The notes below the pieces were generated by a model. The model made no database searches. It saw only the letters and a list, made by a program, of their open reading frames with translations, and was not told the DNA's origin. DNA of 64,000 bases, taken from contig OZ024742.1 of NCBI GenBank assembly GCA_964016885.1, positions 290,036,001-290,100,000 of the forward strand, given 5' to 3'. The position numbers were made by a program, and so were the translations under genes. Shown here one piece after another: positions 14,282 through 27,660 of this stretch. The stretch's first letter is position 1. Every line of letters begins with the position of its first letter. The DNA comes from Eledone cirrhosa. Taxonomy: Eukaryota.

Positions 14282-15681
14282 TATAATTAATTAAGAAATT
14301 TAGTTAATATATGAAACCTGACGATAAATCATTAGATTCCTTCACCTTTTTCTTTTTAAACTTTCTTCCTAAATATAAACAAGGATATAATAAACTACTC
14401 TAAAATGTATATGCTCCCAATGTATTAAATAAAATTTACGTAAGATAAATTTCTATACTAAATATAAGGGCATCCGTAGAATCACTGGGTCTTCTAAATC
14501 TTTTTAATTATTTTTGTTTTTTATTTGTTTTTGACTCTGATAGCTTCTAATAACTTTCATATGTCTACCCTTGCAATATCTTGTTTGAGATATAATAAAT
14601 ATATAAAACATATTATTTTAACTTGAGATACTCTATAGTGTTTTAGAGATATTTAATGCTTTGATATTTCTATATTAATATATTGATATTTGATTATCTC
14701 TATACAAAGGCCATATATGTGTATTAACATGCATATAAAAGGTTTATAGGGTTTATTTATGTGTTCGTATATATGTCTGTATATATGCATAACGATGCTG
14801 GAAAACTCACGCAGATATTTATTTATACATATGTATGTGTATGTATGATTGTGCGTGTATATGTTGATGTGTTGCAGATATGCATAATAATAAATACATG
14901 AACGGTAATCATATATATGAGGACATGAATATTAATCGTATTTTTAAGTATATATACTGTGAAATTTTTATAACACAAGAAATGTATAGAAGTGATCAAG
15001 TGAAATCATATGTGTGTCTATATTATTGACTGGAGTAGACATAATTTCTCTTTTTTCAGGACGTACATATGCGTGTATATATATATACATATGTGTATCC
15101 GTATTTTTATAAATAGGGTATTTTTTGAAGGTTTTAACTCAGATTTTGGTATATTGACCTCAGGGTTTTAAACTAAACATATGGTCATTATTGAACAATG
15201 TTATTTTCTCATATTATATATCTATGTCCCATTCATGAATATTGATATTTACATTTTTATTATTCATTTCATATGAATTGTTAACTCAACTTAATATGAC
15301 ATGACGTAAAGTTGTCACTATATCCTCCTCTCTCTATATAGTACTTCCTCTCTCTTGAGTTTCTCTATCTGTATGATGAATTATTATCTCTCTGTTGCTT
15401 TCTTTTGTTTTTCTTATTTCTTCCTTTTTTTCTTTCTTTTTCATTTCCTTCTATCTATTTATATCTTTCTTTTCTGCATACATTCCTTTTCTCTCTCTTC
15501 TTCTTTTTCTCTCTCCTTCTCTCTCTCAGTTTTTTCTTTCTCTCCGTCTTTTTTCTAACTGTGCTTAACACTATAACTAATAAAATAATTATAAACATCT
15601 CACTATCCAGACAGCTTCCAAAAATAATGGTTGCATCTAATAGGGTACGTCAAAATTATTTATAAAACTGTTTATATATTG

Positions 15682-15746
15682 TATTTTATCTGATGAAGGC
15701 ATACCATATTTTAATTTGGTATCCCTGAAATATGTATAGTGAAATA
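15682..15746 (+). ncRNA. Minimal type-I hammerhead in the PLE 3' pseudo-LTR
   Basis: TATTTTAT-CTGATGA-AGGCATACCA/TGGTATCCCT-GAAA-TATGTA-TA-GTGAAATA; quasi-palindromic stem III; ATA cleavage triplet. Confidence 0.8.
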
Positions 15747-15786
15747 AATATGGTTTTATAAATATAGTTTCCATTTATTTAATATC

Positions 15787-15856
<70 letters not shown>

Positions 15857-15862
15857 CATATA

Positions 15863-15908
<46 letters not shown>

Positions 15909-16038
15909 ATGGAATACTGTTGGCTTCTTGCTACAATAATTTCTATGCTTTTCATTTATATATATTATATATATATATTATATATAAATTAATAAAATAA
16001 TGAATAAACAAAGAAACAGTTCCTTATATTAAAAAAAT

Positions 16039-16180
16039 TCATCATTTTACGATCGTTTCTAGGATATATATGTGTTAGTGTTGGTATGCATATTCTATAG
16101 ATCTATGTAAAATATTTATACAAACTATCAGAGGGAATATACATACCTACACATATATATGCTGTCTTCAGAAATAATGA
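16039..16180 (-). ncRNA. Type-I hammerhead with about 105-nt stem II
   Basis: Minus strand: TCATTATTT-CTGAAGA-CAGCATATATATGTG...CACATATATATCCTA-GAAA-CGATCG-TA-AAATGATGA. Confidence 0.72.
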
Positions 16181-16907
16181 TATTTGTTTATTGAAAAAAA
16201 CAAAGATTCAATACAATAGGTCTGTTTGGGAACAGGTTTTTAATTGACCAATAGAAAGATAGTGAGGGTCAAGATAGTAATATAGTAGTAGAAGAACCTT
16301 AAATTATGGGTAGAGGAAGGTAGATTTCAGTTTTGGATGGAAAAGATTATTATGAATGAAAGATTGTTTTAGGGATGAAAATAGGTCGTATGCTGACCTC
16401 AGAAATAAATTATGTTTGTTCATTGAATAAAACCAACAAAGATCTAATATAGTCTGTCTGTTTGGTAAGAGGTTTAGAGTTAACCAATAGAAAGTTAATA
16501 ATTGGCCAAATGGTAAAATAGTAGTAATTGAAGTTTATTTTAGGGGTAGAATAAGGCAGATTTCAGTTTTGAATGGAGTGTGAAGAATGAGAAGGTTATT
16601 TTAGGGGTGAAAATAGGTCAGGTCAGTAAAAAATATACGAGCAGTTGCTGTTATAAAATAGTAATGCCAATGCAAATATCTAAGGAGACTAAGATTTTAC
16701 TATAAGAGTGTTAGTGAAAAAAGTACATCTATGAAAAGAATATAAATTAATTTAATTGATGGGTATATTTATATTGATAAAATTATACTAATGCATAAAG
16801 ATATGATAAATAAGAGTTGAAGAATGCGGGGATGAGGGGAAATTAAAAGAATATAAAAATAATATATATATATACATATATATATTTATATACATACACA
16901 CACGCAT

Positions 16908-17012
<105 letters not shown>

Positions 17013-17019
17013 TACATAC

Positions 17020-17050
<31 letters not shown>

Positions 17051-17631
17051 TACATACATACATATACATATAATTATTGGGGGCGGGGGGAATTACATTT
17101 ATTAGTGAGAAATAATTATTGGGGGGGGGGGAATTAGATTTATTAGTGAGAAATAATAAATATATAGAGATTTCAAGGAACATAGAATCATAACCTGAAA
17201 TTAAAGCATTATATATGTTTACTGAATGGTATCAGTTTTAGGAAATGATAGTTGTAAGAAGGAAAGTAAAATTATGTAGTGCATCAGTAGTAGAATATTA
17301 ATTATAGGTTAACTAAATTAAAAACAGTTTATATATTAATTTCTAAAGTGTATATTAATTAGGTTTATAATATTTAAAGGTTTTTCTCAGTTTATGATTA
17401 CACGATATTATTAATTCCTGTCGCTTATTTAATAGGATATCCTTAGATTTCATTATTTCAAAAAGTTCTTGGGAACATAATCTACATTCATATCTATTAT
17501 TTTGATAAGGGGTGGCCCTTTTAAGCACACTCCAGGTCAGGTCATAATCTATATTCCTCTTTCTATAATTATTAATTATTTTAGCTAGAGATGTTGTATT
17601 AGCTAGTGCGGCATTTTTAAAACTATGTTTG

Positions 17632-18477
17632 TGGGGATTCTTTTCTTTGCTTTTGTGCCTCTCCTTTGTTCTGTCCTACGCCATTTGTTTTTTTGTGTGT
17701 GTTGTGTGCTTAGTTTGCGCATGTGTTACATCCGGGTGTGTGTGTGTGTTTATATTCGTTTATTTATTTGTTTATTTACATGTTACTGGTTGGTTGTTTG
17801 TTCTATGTGTGTGTGTGTTTTCATTTTGTGCTTAATTGTAAGTTGTGATGTTGCTGTTCCACTCATGTTTTCTATTTAATTTTGGTTGGAGTTCATTTAT
17901 ATTCATTTATGACGAAAGAACTTTGACAATATATAAACAATCATCTGGTTGTGGAACCAACCAACCAACCAGAAATTTATAAATTCCTAAATTTATAAAT
18001 TTATTATAATAAATTGAAGTGAAAGCAACTGGTGCGTGTGTTTCTTATTGGCAACATGACGCTCCCACAAGAATTTTTGCAAATTGGAGCCACTTTTTTA
18101 ACATAAAAACAGTCTTGGCGCAAAATCAATTTTTTACATTCACATGACCTCTACCGACCAATCAAAATTGTTTTGACCACAAGAATTTTTGCAAATTGGA
18201 GCCACTTTTTAACATAAAAACAGGTAGAATTCCCAAAACTAATCAGATCAGAGCAAACAGCACGGACACTCTATCTCAAAATTATTTTTGAAAAGCATTT
18301 AGAAATGCGCAACCGGAAAAACTTAAAAACTTAAAACCACAACTGAATACTAACCCATACAATCACTAATACTCTTTTATTCCTAATTAAACCATTTTTC
18401 AACTGTGAACAATTTGTCAGCATTTTCTATTCCGTTTACCAATATATAATAACTTGTGTGTTACACCTCTATTCTTT

Positions 18478-18526
<49 letters not shown>

Positions 18527-19200
18527 CGTTTCTGAATTTGTTTAGCAAGATTCTTTATCTGAAAACGTCTGTTGAAACCGATATTGTTATATTTTTGAAG
18601 CGTCATGTTGCCAATAAGAAACACACGCACCAGTTGCTTTCACTTCAATTTATTATAATAAATTTATAAATTTAGGAATTTATAAATTTCTGGTTGGTTG
18701 GTTGGTTCCACAACCAGATGATTGTTTATATATTGTCAAAGTTCTTTCGTCATAAATGAATATAAATGAACTCCAACCGAAATTAAATAGAAAACATGAG
18801 TGGAACAGCAACATCACAACTTATAATTAAGGACAAAATGAAAACACACACACACATAGAACAAACAACCAACCAGCAACATGTAAATAAACAAATAAAT
18901 AAACGAATATAAACACACACACACACCCGGATGTAACACATGCGCAAACTAAGCACACAACACACACAAAAAAACAAATGGCGTAGGACAGAACAAAGGA
19001 GAGGCACAAAAGCAAAGAAAAGAATCCCCAGTCACTGAAGAGGTCACAGAATGTGTGAACTTTGACAATATATAAACAATCATCTGGCTGTGGAACCAAC
19101 CAACCAACCAGAAATTTATAAATTCCTAAATTTATAAATTCATTATAATAAATTGAAGTGAAAGCAATTGGTGCGTGTGTTTCTTATTGGCAACATGACC
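17632..19200. repeat. Complex fold-back repeat, probably PLE pseudo-LTR derived
   Basis: About 17632-18063 is inverted at about 18599-19030; about 17908-18060 is repeated directly at about 19057-19199. Confidence 0.75.
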
Positions 19201-19212
19201 CTCTCAAAGTAT

Positions 19213-19330
<118 letters not shown>

Positions 19331-19593
19331 ATATATATATATTACATATATTATATATATATATTACATATATTATATATATACTACATATATTATATAT
19401 ATATTATATATATTATTATATATATATATATATATATTTATAGAAGTGGTTACTCAACAGTTAGTTCACCATGGTGAACTAACTGTTGTGTAACCACTTC
19501 TACCTAACTCGTCCCTTGGACTGAATGCTCTACGACTACGGATATTACCTTCCAGTGTTCCACCACTATATATATATATATATTATATATATA

Positions 19594-20665
19594 GGAACAA
19601 GTATCACCCCGACGGCAGAGCTCAAGCCGTTACGACGGCTATTTCTGCTTTCGTAACTCATGAATGCCTATTGCTTTAGCCCTTTCTATTCCATTATTTA
19701 TCAGTAATGGTGGGTACTGTCTTTCGAGTAGAATTTCCTTTAATTCTTGAAGTCTTTTATTTCGCGTTTCATAATTGGAGACAATTGTGCCAATTCTTCT
19801 TGCTAGGTTAAAAGGAATGTTCGTCTTCTTGTGCTTTGGATGGTTGGAGGTGAATAGCAGGTATTGTTTGGAATCTATCTGTTGGTTTGTAGTGTGTGTC
19901 AATTTCAATATTTGTGTCTTTTTTTTAAGATTAAGATGTCCCGAAATGGGAGTTGATCTTGGTTGTATTCCATTGTGAATTGGATGTGGTTATTGATGCC
20001 GTTAATTAAATTTTTGAAATCATTCAGTTGTGTATGAATTACGAAAACAGAAACAAATTCAAGGTACGTCCAATATTCTATCATATATCTCAACACACAA
20101 CCCAAGAAATGCGGAAGCTTACAACACTATTCACAAGAACATCCCACTATTGAAACAAGACCCAAGAATGAAAAAATCCCTTGAAACACACAAAATAATC
20201 AAAAGCAAAAAACAACCGAAATCACTGAAAACATTACTCACCAATGCCAAATTACCTACCACAAACCCACAACCAACTGTCAAAAAATGTGTCGCTCTAA
20301 TTGTGGAACCTGCACTCACCTCATTGAAGGCAACACGTATACATTTCAATCAGGACAAAATTTTGCTGTAAAAAATCACTTCACTTGCTCATCAAAAAAT
20401 CTAATTTAAAGGATGCAATGAAGATTATATAGGACAAACTAAACTCACACTCAGAAATAGAATGACAGTTCATCGCCAACAATTACGAGATCCAACCACG
20501 AGACAGATCTAAGCGCGCATCTAGACATATGCGCAACTAATAAGACACCCAAATTCCAATTCTTCCCAGTTTACCTTTGCGTTGACAATACAACAGAACA
20601 AATACGAATAAATAAGGAAAATATGTTTATTCAAAAATATAGATCAGCATTAAATATGGTTTAAT
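19594..20665. mobile_element. Neptune/Penelope-type PLE fragment with a 5' inversion (RT thumb on minus strand, linker + GIY-YIG on plus strand)
   Basis: Minus: YLLFTSNHPKH..NIPFNLARRI..RQYP. Plus: KSKKQPKSLK, then across frameshifts CGTC, FTCSSKNLI and YIGQT..LRNRMTVHR. Confidence 0.8.
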
Positions 20666-21669
20666 ATACATTATGTCAACACCATAACATGCTAACCATC
20701 CAAACAGATACATACACACACACATAACACCTACTTTAGAAAATAAAAACCCGAATTAAATAAACCTTAACATACGTTTGCACTGACAATACAACAGAAC
20801 AAATACGAATAAATAAGGAAAATATGTTCATTCAAAAATATTTCTACTAACGGAATCATTTTCCTACACACACACACACACAGACACAAAATATATATTC
20901 TCTTCATCTTAACATGCTAACCATACTCCCACACACACATAACCCCCCCCCCACACACACACACAACTCCCTCCCCCATTTTTACTAATAGAATCACTTT
21001 CCTACAAACATACACACACACAAAATATATATATATTCTCTCCATCTTAACATACTCCCCACACACACACACATAACACCCATATACACACACAACTCCC
21101 TCCCCCATTTCTACTAATAGAATCATCTTCCTACACACACACACACACATTTTATTTCAATAGAAAGTCTGAATTCTGACACCCCAGCGAACCAGCCATA
21201 TTCACTGAACCAGAACCGTTTCTCTTGACCATTATCTTTTGTTTGTCATAAAATTCTCTAAAAGGCTACAAAATAAATTCCAAAATACAGGCGCGAAATT
21301 TAATGAACTTGTTCACGTGACAGTCATAATTTCATTTATAACCAATCAAATTACATTTATTAAAAAAAAAGCCTTCGTGAGCCCCTTTTTTTAAGTAAAA
21401 AGAAATTCAAACAAACTGGCGCGAAAGCTGATGTGCTTATTCACGTGACTGGATCAACCAACCAAACTTCACTCATATATGAAAAAACAACCTGAGCCCC
21501 CCGCCCCTTGCTTGAAGACCAACCAGATGTGAGAAAAACCACAGACCCTCCATCTCAACTCTACTTTTGAAAAGCAGAAGAACTGCGAAACCGGTAAAGG
21601 AACCAAATAAATAAATATATATTTTTTTTAAATAAGACTCCAATTGCATTTCCGATTTCATCTTTTTTT

Positions 21670-21704
<35 letters not shown>

Positions 21705-21709
<5 letters not shown>

Positions 21710-23368
21710 AAGTTTTTCCTTCATCAGTGGCTTTCCAACCGTCGTAGGCATTTCATCGCTTTAAAGGCCATATACCTCAGGTTGGTGCGAACAACGGCTA
21801 AAAAAAGTCGTTGGGACACGTAAATAAAGGGGACGCTAGGGTAAACAAACAAAATGGTTTAAGCAACAGAAAGTGAGAAGAAAGAGACAAGTCCCAGATT
21901 TCTATGAATATAAATTCGGTGAAATCGTGAACGAGAGAATAAAGACCATCAAACCTGGTTGAAATGTGAGTAAGGAAGGAATTTCGCACAGGTCTAACGG
22001 GAGGGAGAAGGGGTCTGGTCTGCGAATTCGGTAAACATAAGTTCTGTGAAGTCGCAGACGAAAGAGAGAGAGAGAAAAAAAATTCATACCGGCTTGGCCA
22101 AGAGCGCGCGAGAAAAGAATTCGGACAGGTCAAACGGGAAGAAAGGGGAGGAGGAGAGGTAGTGACAGAGAATGAGTGAGTGAAAGGTGAGGAAGAGGCT
22201 AACAGAGAGAGAGAGAGACTGCTAGAAAGGGTAAAGATACGAAGAACGAAACAGACGGGTAGCAGCAGAGGAAAAAATATATGTGTAAATATGATAATAA
22301 TGGAGCTGCGGCGTTGAAAATGGGTTACATATGAAAAAGTTTGTCCTTCATCAGTGGCCTTCCAACCGTCGTAGGCATTTCATCGCTTTAAAGGCCATAT
22401 ACCTCAGGTTGGTGCGAGCAACGGCTAAAAAAAGTTGTTGGGACACGTAAATAAAGGGGACGCTAGGGTAAACAAACAAAATGGTTTAAGCAACAGAAAG
22501 TGAGAAGAATGGGACTTGTCTCTTTCTTCTCACTTTCTGTTGCTTAAACCATTTTGTTTGTTTACCCTAGCGTCCCCTTTATTTACGTGTCCCAACGACT
22601 TTTTTTAGCCGTTGCTCGCACCAACCTGAGGTATATGGCATTTAAAGCGATGAAATGCCTACGACGGTTGGAAGGCCACTGATGAAGGACAAACTTTTTC
22701 ATATGTAACCCATTTGTAACGCCGCAGCTCCATTATTATCATATTTATACATATATTTTTTCCTCTGCTGCTACCCGTCTGTTTCGTTCTTTGTATCTTT
22801 ACCCTTTCTAGCAGTCTCTCTCTCTCTCTCTGTTAGCCTCTTCCTCACCTTTCACTCACTCATTCTCTGTCACTACCTCTGCTCCTCCCCTTTCTTCCCG
22901 TTTGACCTGACCGAATTCTTTTCTCGCGCGCTCTTGGCCAAGCCGGTATGAATTTTTTTTTTCTCTCTCTCTCTCTCGTCTGCGACTTCACAGAACTTAT
23001 GTTTACCGAATTCGCAGACCAGACCCCTTCTTCCTCCCGTTAGACCTGTGCGAAATTCCTTCCTTGCTCATATTTCAACCAGGTTTGATGGTCTTTATTC
23101 TCTCGTTCACGATTTCACCGAATTTATATTCATAGAAATCTGGGACTTGTCTCTTTCTTCTCACTTTCTGTTGCTTAAACCATTTTGTTTGTTTACCCTA
23201 GCGTCCCCTTTATTTACGTGTCCCAACGACTTTTTTTAGCCGTTGCTCGCACCAACCTGAGGTATATGGCCTTTAAAGCGATGAAATGCCTACGACGGTT
23301 GGAAGGCCACTGATGAAAGACAAACTTTTTCATATGTAACCCATTTGCAACGCCGCAGCTCCATTATT

Positions 23369-23375
<7 letters not shown>
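21705..23375. mobile_element. Non-coding 631-bp-unit element as a fold-back (inverted 21705-22510, direct 22511-23375)
   Basis: 22511-22745 is repeated at 23142-23375; the left arm is the reverse complement of the right arm; (TA)n flanks. Confidence 0.75.
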
Positions 23376-23409
<34 letters not shown>

Positions 23410-23453
23410 AAGTAAAATAAAAGTCAAATGTTTAAAATTTAGCTTCGTTTATT

Positions 23454-23508
23454 ACTGCTATATATATTTCGATGACAGCCATCTTTGGCTGTGACCTCTT
23501 CAGGCAGT
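23454..23508 (-). ncRNA. Minimal type-I hammerhead, sense to the PLE ORF
   Basis: Reverse complement of 26579-26633 with one stem II G-U variant. Confidence 0.85.
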
Positions 23509-24788
23509 CCGAATTAGTGTGGTATAGACAAGTACATATGTTGTTGAGGTGTATAATTTTGTCAATACTCTGATATGCCCAGTTCCTGGTTGGGTTGTTA
23601 TTTCACTGAGGAACTGGAATCATATGAATTCAAACAAACGAATTTCAGTGTCAAAGGTCCTCTTTTCCTCTCATTGGTCAGTTGTTAGAACATTCCTCAT
23701 TCAAAAGTCTATAGAAGTTCATTCTGAGGCAAGCCAATCTGTAGTTGTTGTTCTTGTTATTGTTAGGTACATCTGACCTCAATTCTTGTGTTGGTAGTGT
23801 TGTTATTGTTGGAGTTAGCTTAAAATATTGATAAAGTGGTAGAAGGAACAAGGTGGTAAAGGAACAAAATAACAAAAAAATGTCAAACTCCCATTGGTCA
23901 GTTTTGAGAGCATTCCTCAGTCAGAAGTCTATAGAAATTCTTTCTGGGGTGAGGGTCCCTGTAGTGTTTGTGTTTGCTATTGTTAAGTACATTTGACCTC
24001 TACCATTATTTCGGTAGTGTTGTTGGTGTTGTGGTCAGCTTATGTCTTGCTGCTGCTGACAATTTAGAAGTATCTGTGTGTGTTTTTTCTTTATACCTCC
24101 TGCCACCATCTCCCGTGGTGGTGGTGGTGGCGGGGGGGGGGTTCTTCCATGTATATGAAGAAATATAAGGCAATACATGAAGAAAACAGAAAATAAATAA
24201 TAAATAGAGAATAAAGAATAAATGAAAAATTGGTGAAAAAGTAATGAAAATGAATATGGAGAAGTGAAAAATAAAATGAAGATTCAAATAAAGTAGGATA
24301 AAGTGTGTGTGTGTGCTATAACCAATCTCAAGGTCAGAAATATGTTGGATAGATTGGTATGAGGAACAAGATGTTAAAATAATAAAAGAATAAAGGAATA
24401 AGATAATCAAACAAAATGTGTTTGTGTTATATCAATCTCAGCTTAAAAATAAATATAAGGTGATACAGTGAAGAGAACAGAAAACAAATAACAAATTAAT
24501 AAAGAGAAATTAAGATTTAAAATTGGAAATTGAAAATCAGAAATCAAGTAAATTAAAATGTGTTTGTGTTATATAGATGTTGGCCAAATTATAATGGCTG
24601 TGTCCGATACAATCTCTAGGCTATCGTGGTGTCTGCTCAGCCTGGGTTGTTCCCTATGGCTTGAGGGGAGTTCTCAACCTAGGGTGTTGTTACTGCCCAT
24701 ATAGCTTGAGGGGGGTCTGGCCGAGAGGTGTCTACGTGTTCTGGAGAAGTCCCTATAGCTTGAGGGGAGTTCACATCCTCTTGTGTTG

Positions 24789-25757
24789 CTACTGTCCATA
24801 TATCTTGAGGAAGGTCCCGGCTCTAAGGTGTCTGAATGTCCCGAAGAAGTCAGTTCTGAGGTTTATCAGGCCTCTTCCACCTCTTAGTATCTCGAGGGTC
24901 TCGTTCAGGCATAGTTTGCATATGCAAGATCCCCCTTTATCGGGTGGTACTTTCCTGATTATGTACCAAGCCAGAGAGTACGGGGTCCTGTCCAGCTTAA
25001 GCTTCCAGATCAGGTCGGAGAGAGCCGTGCTTTTCCTTTTGGCCTCCTTATTGAATGAATGGCGATGGTTGTACCAGCGGTCTTTAAAGCTAGTTGATGT
25101 GGCTCCTATGTAGAGGTGTTCGGAGTTGGGGGTTTTAACCCTACAACCGTATACTAGGTTCTTCTTAAGGCATTCATTACCAAGGGGGCATGATTCGGGG
25201 TTTCTGCAGTTGCAGAGGGTGGTCGACCTCTGCGTGCCTAGATTGGGGTTCCCGTTAGGTGTTACATGGTGGTCCTCTCCCAGGTACGGTGAGGGGTCCC
25301 CGGATTTGTTTGGGTTTCTTGGGTGGGCTCTGGGTCCACCCTTCCCTCCTTTCACATGGTTCTGTTGAGTGCTTGTATTGCCATCTTCTGGTTGTGTGTG
25401 GTTTTTAAGCCTACTCCTGTTGATGCTAGCTATGTGTTGGGCCAGATTTCTCGTGGTAGAATACGAGAGCTTCACAGTGTGTCTGTTGAAGATCCTGTGG
25501 TATCTATGGTCCCTCGGGAAGCATTTATCAAGTGCCCCAAAGAATGATCGGGCCAAGCTATTCTTTAGGGCCGCTGAGTAGGGTGGGTTGTACCACGTAA
25601 TTTTTCTGTGTCTCCTCCTATATGTGTGGGTCGGGGTCGTCGTGATTTGTTGGAGATTTGTTGGGTTGCTGGTGGTTCCCGCACTGTTGCTTCCTCTTTG
25701 GGCGCTATGCTTTTTGTTATCTTCACGGCCCGAATCTGTGGGGTGGTCGTTGCCCAC
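24789..25757 (-). pseudogene. PLE C-terminal region with GIY-YIG endonuclease
   Basis: ITWYNPPYS, FNRHTVKLSYS, CNCRNPESCPLGNEC, LVY..YIGAT..FKDRWYNH, CKLCLNE. Confidence 0.88.
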
Positions 25758-26578
25758 GCTGGGAGATCTATCGTGGGGTGGTCCCCCCCCCCCTTACGTG
25801 TCCTGCGGTTGGGGTCGTCGGTCCTGGGGTGGTTAGCGTCACCCCTGAGACTGCTAAACATATTGGGTTTCATCTCGTGGTTAAGCGTACTAGTCATCAA
25901 CGCCCGTGTGGTGATGTCGGGCACATGGTGCCTATTTGTTTCTGCTCTGCCTGTATTGTTAGGGTTCGCCCCCCCCCCCCCCCCCCAGGAGGGATGAAGG
26001 AAAAAACACACACAGATACTTCTAAATTGTCAGCAGCAGCAAGACATAAGCTGACCACAACACCAACAACACTACCGAAATAATGGTAGAGGTCAAATAT
26101 ACTTAACAATAGCAAACACAAACACTACAGGGAGCATCACCCCAGAAAGAATTTCTATAGACTTCTGACTGAGGAATGCTCTCAAAACTGACCAATGGGA
26201 AGTTTGACATTTTTTTGTTATTTTGTTCCTTTACCACCTTGTTCCTTCTACCACTTTATCAATATTTTAAGCTAACTCAAACAATAACAACACTACCAAC
26301 ACAAGAATTGAGGTCAGATGTACCTAACAATAACAAGAACAACTACAGATTGGCTTGCCTCAGAATGAACTTCTATAGACTTTTGAATGAGGAATGTTCT
26401 AACAACTGACCAATGAGAGGAGAAAAGGCCCTTTGACACTGAAATTCGTTTGTTTGAATTCATATGATTCCAGTTCCTCAGTGAAATAACAACCCAACCA
26501 GGAACTGGGCATATCAGAGTATTGACAAAATTATACACCTCAACAACATATGTACTTGTCTATACCACACTAATTCGG

Positions 26579-26633
26579 ACTGCCTGAAGAGGTCACAGCC
26601 AAAGATGGCTGTCACCGAAATATATATAGCAGT
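26579..26633 (+). ncRNA. Minimal type-I hammerhead in the inverted pseudo-LTR
   Basis: ACTGC-CTGAAGA-GGTCACAGCC/GGCTGTCACC-GAAA-TATATA-TA-GCAGT. Confidence 0.87.
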
Positions 26634-26773
26634 AATAAACGAAGCTAAATTTTAAACATTTGACTTTTATTTTACTTTATCTTACATTACTCCGGAGTAA
26701 CCAAACCAACCTGCGCACTTCGTCGAGTGCTCCAGCCTGCATACTGAGGTGTTGGTATACAACCAACATATAC

Positions 26774-26820
<47 letters not shown>

Positions 26821-26824
<4 letters not shown>

Positions 26825-27425
26825 TAAATCATCCCAACTTTAGAATCTTTCCCCTCTACAAATTTAAAGATAATGCCACCCACACCCACCGGTTCAGCAA
26901 GGAATCTCACTTTATTAACAAATACGGACCCCGTCTAAACACTTCTCCATAAGACGAACCCACAACATACACATGTCCACATACATACCTACATCAACAT
27001 ACATCCTACATATATTTCTATCCACAAGTATCCCATTAGGCAGGGCCTAATGGATTCCCTTGCAGTACGTACAATCTGGATATACTCATACACACCTTGG
27101 TGTTATGACAATACTATACATCACTTCACCTCTTTTATTATTGAACATTCACGGGACTTCTACCGACCAATCAAAATCACAGTTCTTATTCACGGGTCAT
27201 TCAACAACCAACCAAATCACGAACGCTCTATCTCAAAATTATTTTTGAAAAGCATTTGAAATGCGCAACCGGTAAAAAACTTAAAACTAACACTGAATAC
27301 TAACCATTACTTATTACTAATTTATACTTATTCCTAATTGAACTATTTTTCACTGGAAAAAATCTGTCAGCATTTTCTTTTCCTTTTTACTAATATATCA
27401 CAACTCGTGTGTCACACCTCTATTT
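26821..27425 (+). mobile_element. Extreme 3' fragment of a PLE (end of GIY-YIG plus 3' UTR)
   Basis: Translation FRIFPLYK...RFSKESHFINKYGPRLN resembles a PLE endonuclease C-terminus; the UTR is similar to about 18140-18480. Confidence 0.55.
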
Positions 27426-27429
27426 TATA

Positions 27430-27591
<162 letters not shown>

Positions 27592-27660
27592 ATTATGAAG
27601 AGAGAAGAAACATTAGATATAATTAGTAATAAGATGTATCATACCTAGCTGGTTCTTCAG

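Larger units (their letters stand above)
23403..26681 (-). mobile_element. 5'-truncated PLE (linker + GIY-YIG) with 3' pseudo-LTR and an inverted pseudo-LTR copy (about 26000-26681)
   Basis: 23403-24090 is the reverse complement of about 26000-26681; endonuclease ORF lies between. Confidence 0.88.

Noticed and set aside
22646-22670. SECIS-like ATGA..AA..GA motif (Naiad-type selenoprotein signal)
   Set aside because: Helix II is far too short, the element is non-coding, and the PLE ORFs here have a C-terminal endonuclease without a pattern of in-frame UGA.
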